A stretch of DNA of 64,000 nucleotides. It comes from Candidatus Cloacimonadales bacterium. Its GTDB lineage: Bacteria; Cloacimonadota; Cloacimonadia; Cloacimonadales; JAIOQZ01. Below, piece after piece: positions 62,262-64,000 of this stretch; the stretch's first letter is position 1, and each line of letters opens with the position of its first letter. The stretch is taken from the NCBI GenBank assembly GCA_963665815.1, contig OY762463.1, positions 3,648,001 to 3,712,000 on the forward strand, given 5' to 3'. Below the pieces are notes generated by a model. The model was not told the origin of the DNA, did no database searches, and saw nothing but the letters and a program-made list of their open reading frames with translations. The position numbers and the translations under genes are program-made.

Positions 62262-63797
62262 CTACTTATGCTTCTTCTTCACTTTACTGTTGTGCAGTTT
62301 CTTACAGATCTTCTCTACTGATCTGAAGTCTACTTTACCGGAGCTCATCAGAGGCAGATCATCTACAATATAGAACTCACGAGGTATTTCGATTGAGGAG
62401 AGTTGTTTTGAGAGCTGTTTCTTAAGTTTACGCACATTTACTTCTTTTGTCGTAACGGCAGCAACAATATCTGCACCTTTAGCAGGATTAGGTACGTCAA
62501 CCACACAGCAGGCAGCATCTTCCGGCAGCAGTTCATCAAGAGCATTCTCTATTTTAACCATAGAGACCATTTCACCACCAATTTTTGTAAAGCGTTTCAG
62601 ACGGCCTTTATGCCACAGATAACCGTCTTCATCGAGCATACCCATATCACCGGTGTCGTACCAGCCATTGTGGATTCTCATGGATGTTTCTTCGATATCA
62701 TCATAGTAACCCTTCATTACAAGATCACCCTTGACCATGATTTTGCCGACTTTGCCCGGAGGAAGAATTTCATCTGTATCAATATTGATGATCCTGACTT
62801 TTACACCTTTAAGCGGTAGACCAACCGATCCTAGTTTATCTTTTCCAACAGGATTAACCGAAATAACAGGGCTGGTTTCAGTTGTTCCATAGCCTTCCAG
62901 TATCTTCACATCATGGTGATGCAGGAAGTCATCGTGCAGTTTTTTAGGGAGTTTATCAGCTCCGGCAATAGCGAGTCGCACAGACCTGAATGTATCGCGC
63001 TCAGCTCTTCTCAGGTAACCATGGAAAAAGGTTGGTGTTCCCACAATTACATTAATCTTGTGCTTTTTGATAGTATCACAGACGCCTTTATAGTCTATCG
63101 GATTGGGCATGGCAACAATTGTTGCACCCAGAATAATGGGGAGCCAGAACGTAACAGTAAGCCCGAAGACATGGAAATAAGGAAGGCAGGCACCATAAGT
63201 GTCATGATGGTCTGTTTTGATGGAGAATGGAACAACATCAGTGTTTGCCAGAATGTTTTTATGAGTCAACTGCACTGCTTTAGGGGCTTTTTCACTACCG
63301 GATGTAAACAGAATTAGGGCATTATCGTTAGTTCTACCACCGTGAACTCCCATTAATACAGCAGGAAGTTTGGATCGGACTGCAGATTTTATTTTGTCCA
63401 GAATAGTAACTGATTTCAGAATATCTTCTATGTAGACCATTCCTTCCACGTGCTTGCAGTTTACTTTTGCCAGCAGCTTTTTGCTGGTTATGATTGTACT
63501 GAAAATACACTTTTCCTGTGCATAAAGGCAGTTATCTTCTGCTCCTGTTGCATAGTTGATCATAACGGGCGTTTTGCCTGAAAATAAAAGACCTATAAAT
63601 GAAAGTATGCATCCGGCAGAAGTCGGCAGCATTACACCTATATTCTGTTCAGGGAATTTCTTAAATTTATCTGACAGCATTATAGAAGCGATTAAGGCTT
63701 CGCTGTAGGTAAATTCTTTTCCTGTAGCAATGTCGATTATTGCTTTCTTTGTAGAATATTTCTTAGCATTTTCTATAAATCTTTTATGTAAAAGCAT
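62262..63797 (-). CDS. AMP-binding enzyme, stand-alone Aas-like acyl-ACP synthetase domain
   Basis: FTSGSEKAPK, EGYGTTE, WYDTGD, GRLKRFTKIGGE, SGKVD. Confidence 0.88.
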   Translation of the reverse strand: MLLHKRFIENAKKYSTKKAIIDIATGKEFTYSEALIASIMLSDKFKKFPEQNIGVMLPTSAGCILSFIGLLFSGKTPVMINYATGAEDNCLYAQEKCIFSTIITSKKLLAKVNCKHVEGMVYIEDILKSVTILDKIKSAVRSKLPAVLMGVHGGRTNDNALILFTSGSEKAPKAVQLTHKNILANTDVVPFSIKTDHHDTYGACLPYFHVFGLTVTFWLPIILGATIVAMPNPIDYKGVCDTIKKHKINVIVGTPTFFHGYLRRAERDTFRSVRLAIAGADKLPKKLHDDFLHHHDVKILEGYGTTETSPVISVNPVGKDKLGSVGLPLKGVKVRIINIDTDEILPPGKVGKIMVKGDLVMKGYYDDIEETSMRIHNGWYDTGDMGMLDEDGYLWHKGRLKRFTKIGGEMVSMVKIENALDELLPEDAACCVVDVPNPAKGADIVAAVTTKEVNVRKLKKQLSKQLSSIEIPREFYIVDDLPLMSSGKVDFRSVEKICKKLHNSKVKKKHK

Positions 63798-63811
63798 TAC
63801 GCCCACCTGTA

Positions 63812-64000
63812 TTAACTCTTTGTGATTATTGTTCCTGTTTTACCATTAAAGGCATCAACTATTTTATCTATTGAAGTGATCAGTACTTCTTTTCCGCCTT
63901 TTTCGAGGAAGAAAATAGATGCTCTGATTTTTGGTCCCATAGAACCTTTAGGGAACTGACCTTCTTCGAGGTATCTGTTTGCATCTTCGATATTGAGATT
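63812..64000 (-). CDS. arcC: Carbamate kinase, C-terminal part (5' end off-window)
   Basis: Not in the ORF track; translates ...RYLEEGQFPKGSMGPKIRAS...GKTGTIITKS*. Confidence 0.88.
   Translation of the reverse strand, partial: NLNIEDANRYLEEGQFPKGSMGPKIRASIFFLEKGGKEVLITSIDKIVDAFNGKTGTIITKS

Overview
AT-rich bacterial chromosomal window with about 45 genes. I found no rRNA, tRNA, CRISPR array or transposase. The gene content suggests an anaerobic, peptide-fermenting diderm of the FCB group, most like Cloacimonadota (inference). Housekeeping genes include ligA, lptF/G, maf, trmFO, rlmD, rmlC, rocD, surE, pcm, coaD, secDF and arcC (partial). Four large secreted proteins are present: a CapA-like metallophosphoesterase, a gingipain-like C25 peptidase and two paralogous MAM/FN3/CARDB adhesin-like proteins. 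Three of them end in a YPNPFNP-type C-terminal sorting domain. The fourth (1-3694) is missing from the ORF track because it runs off the left edge. The best leads are: (i) an intact two-component pair in which both the kinase His and the receiver Asp are lost; (ii) a leader-peptide attenuator with visible alternative pairings ahead of a heterodimeric ABC exporter; (iii) an orphan, highly structured intergenic element between two terminators; (iv) a recurring TTGAC...TTTTTG promoter-like motif and sigma54-like sites ahead of secreted cargo. All calls come from reading the sequence only; no searches were run.
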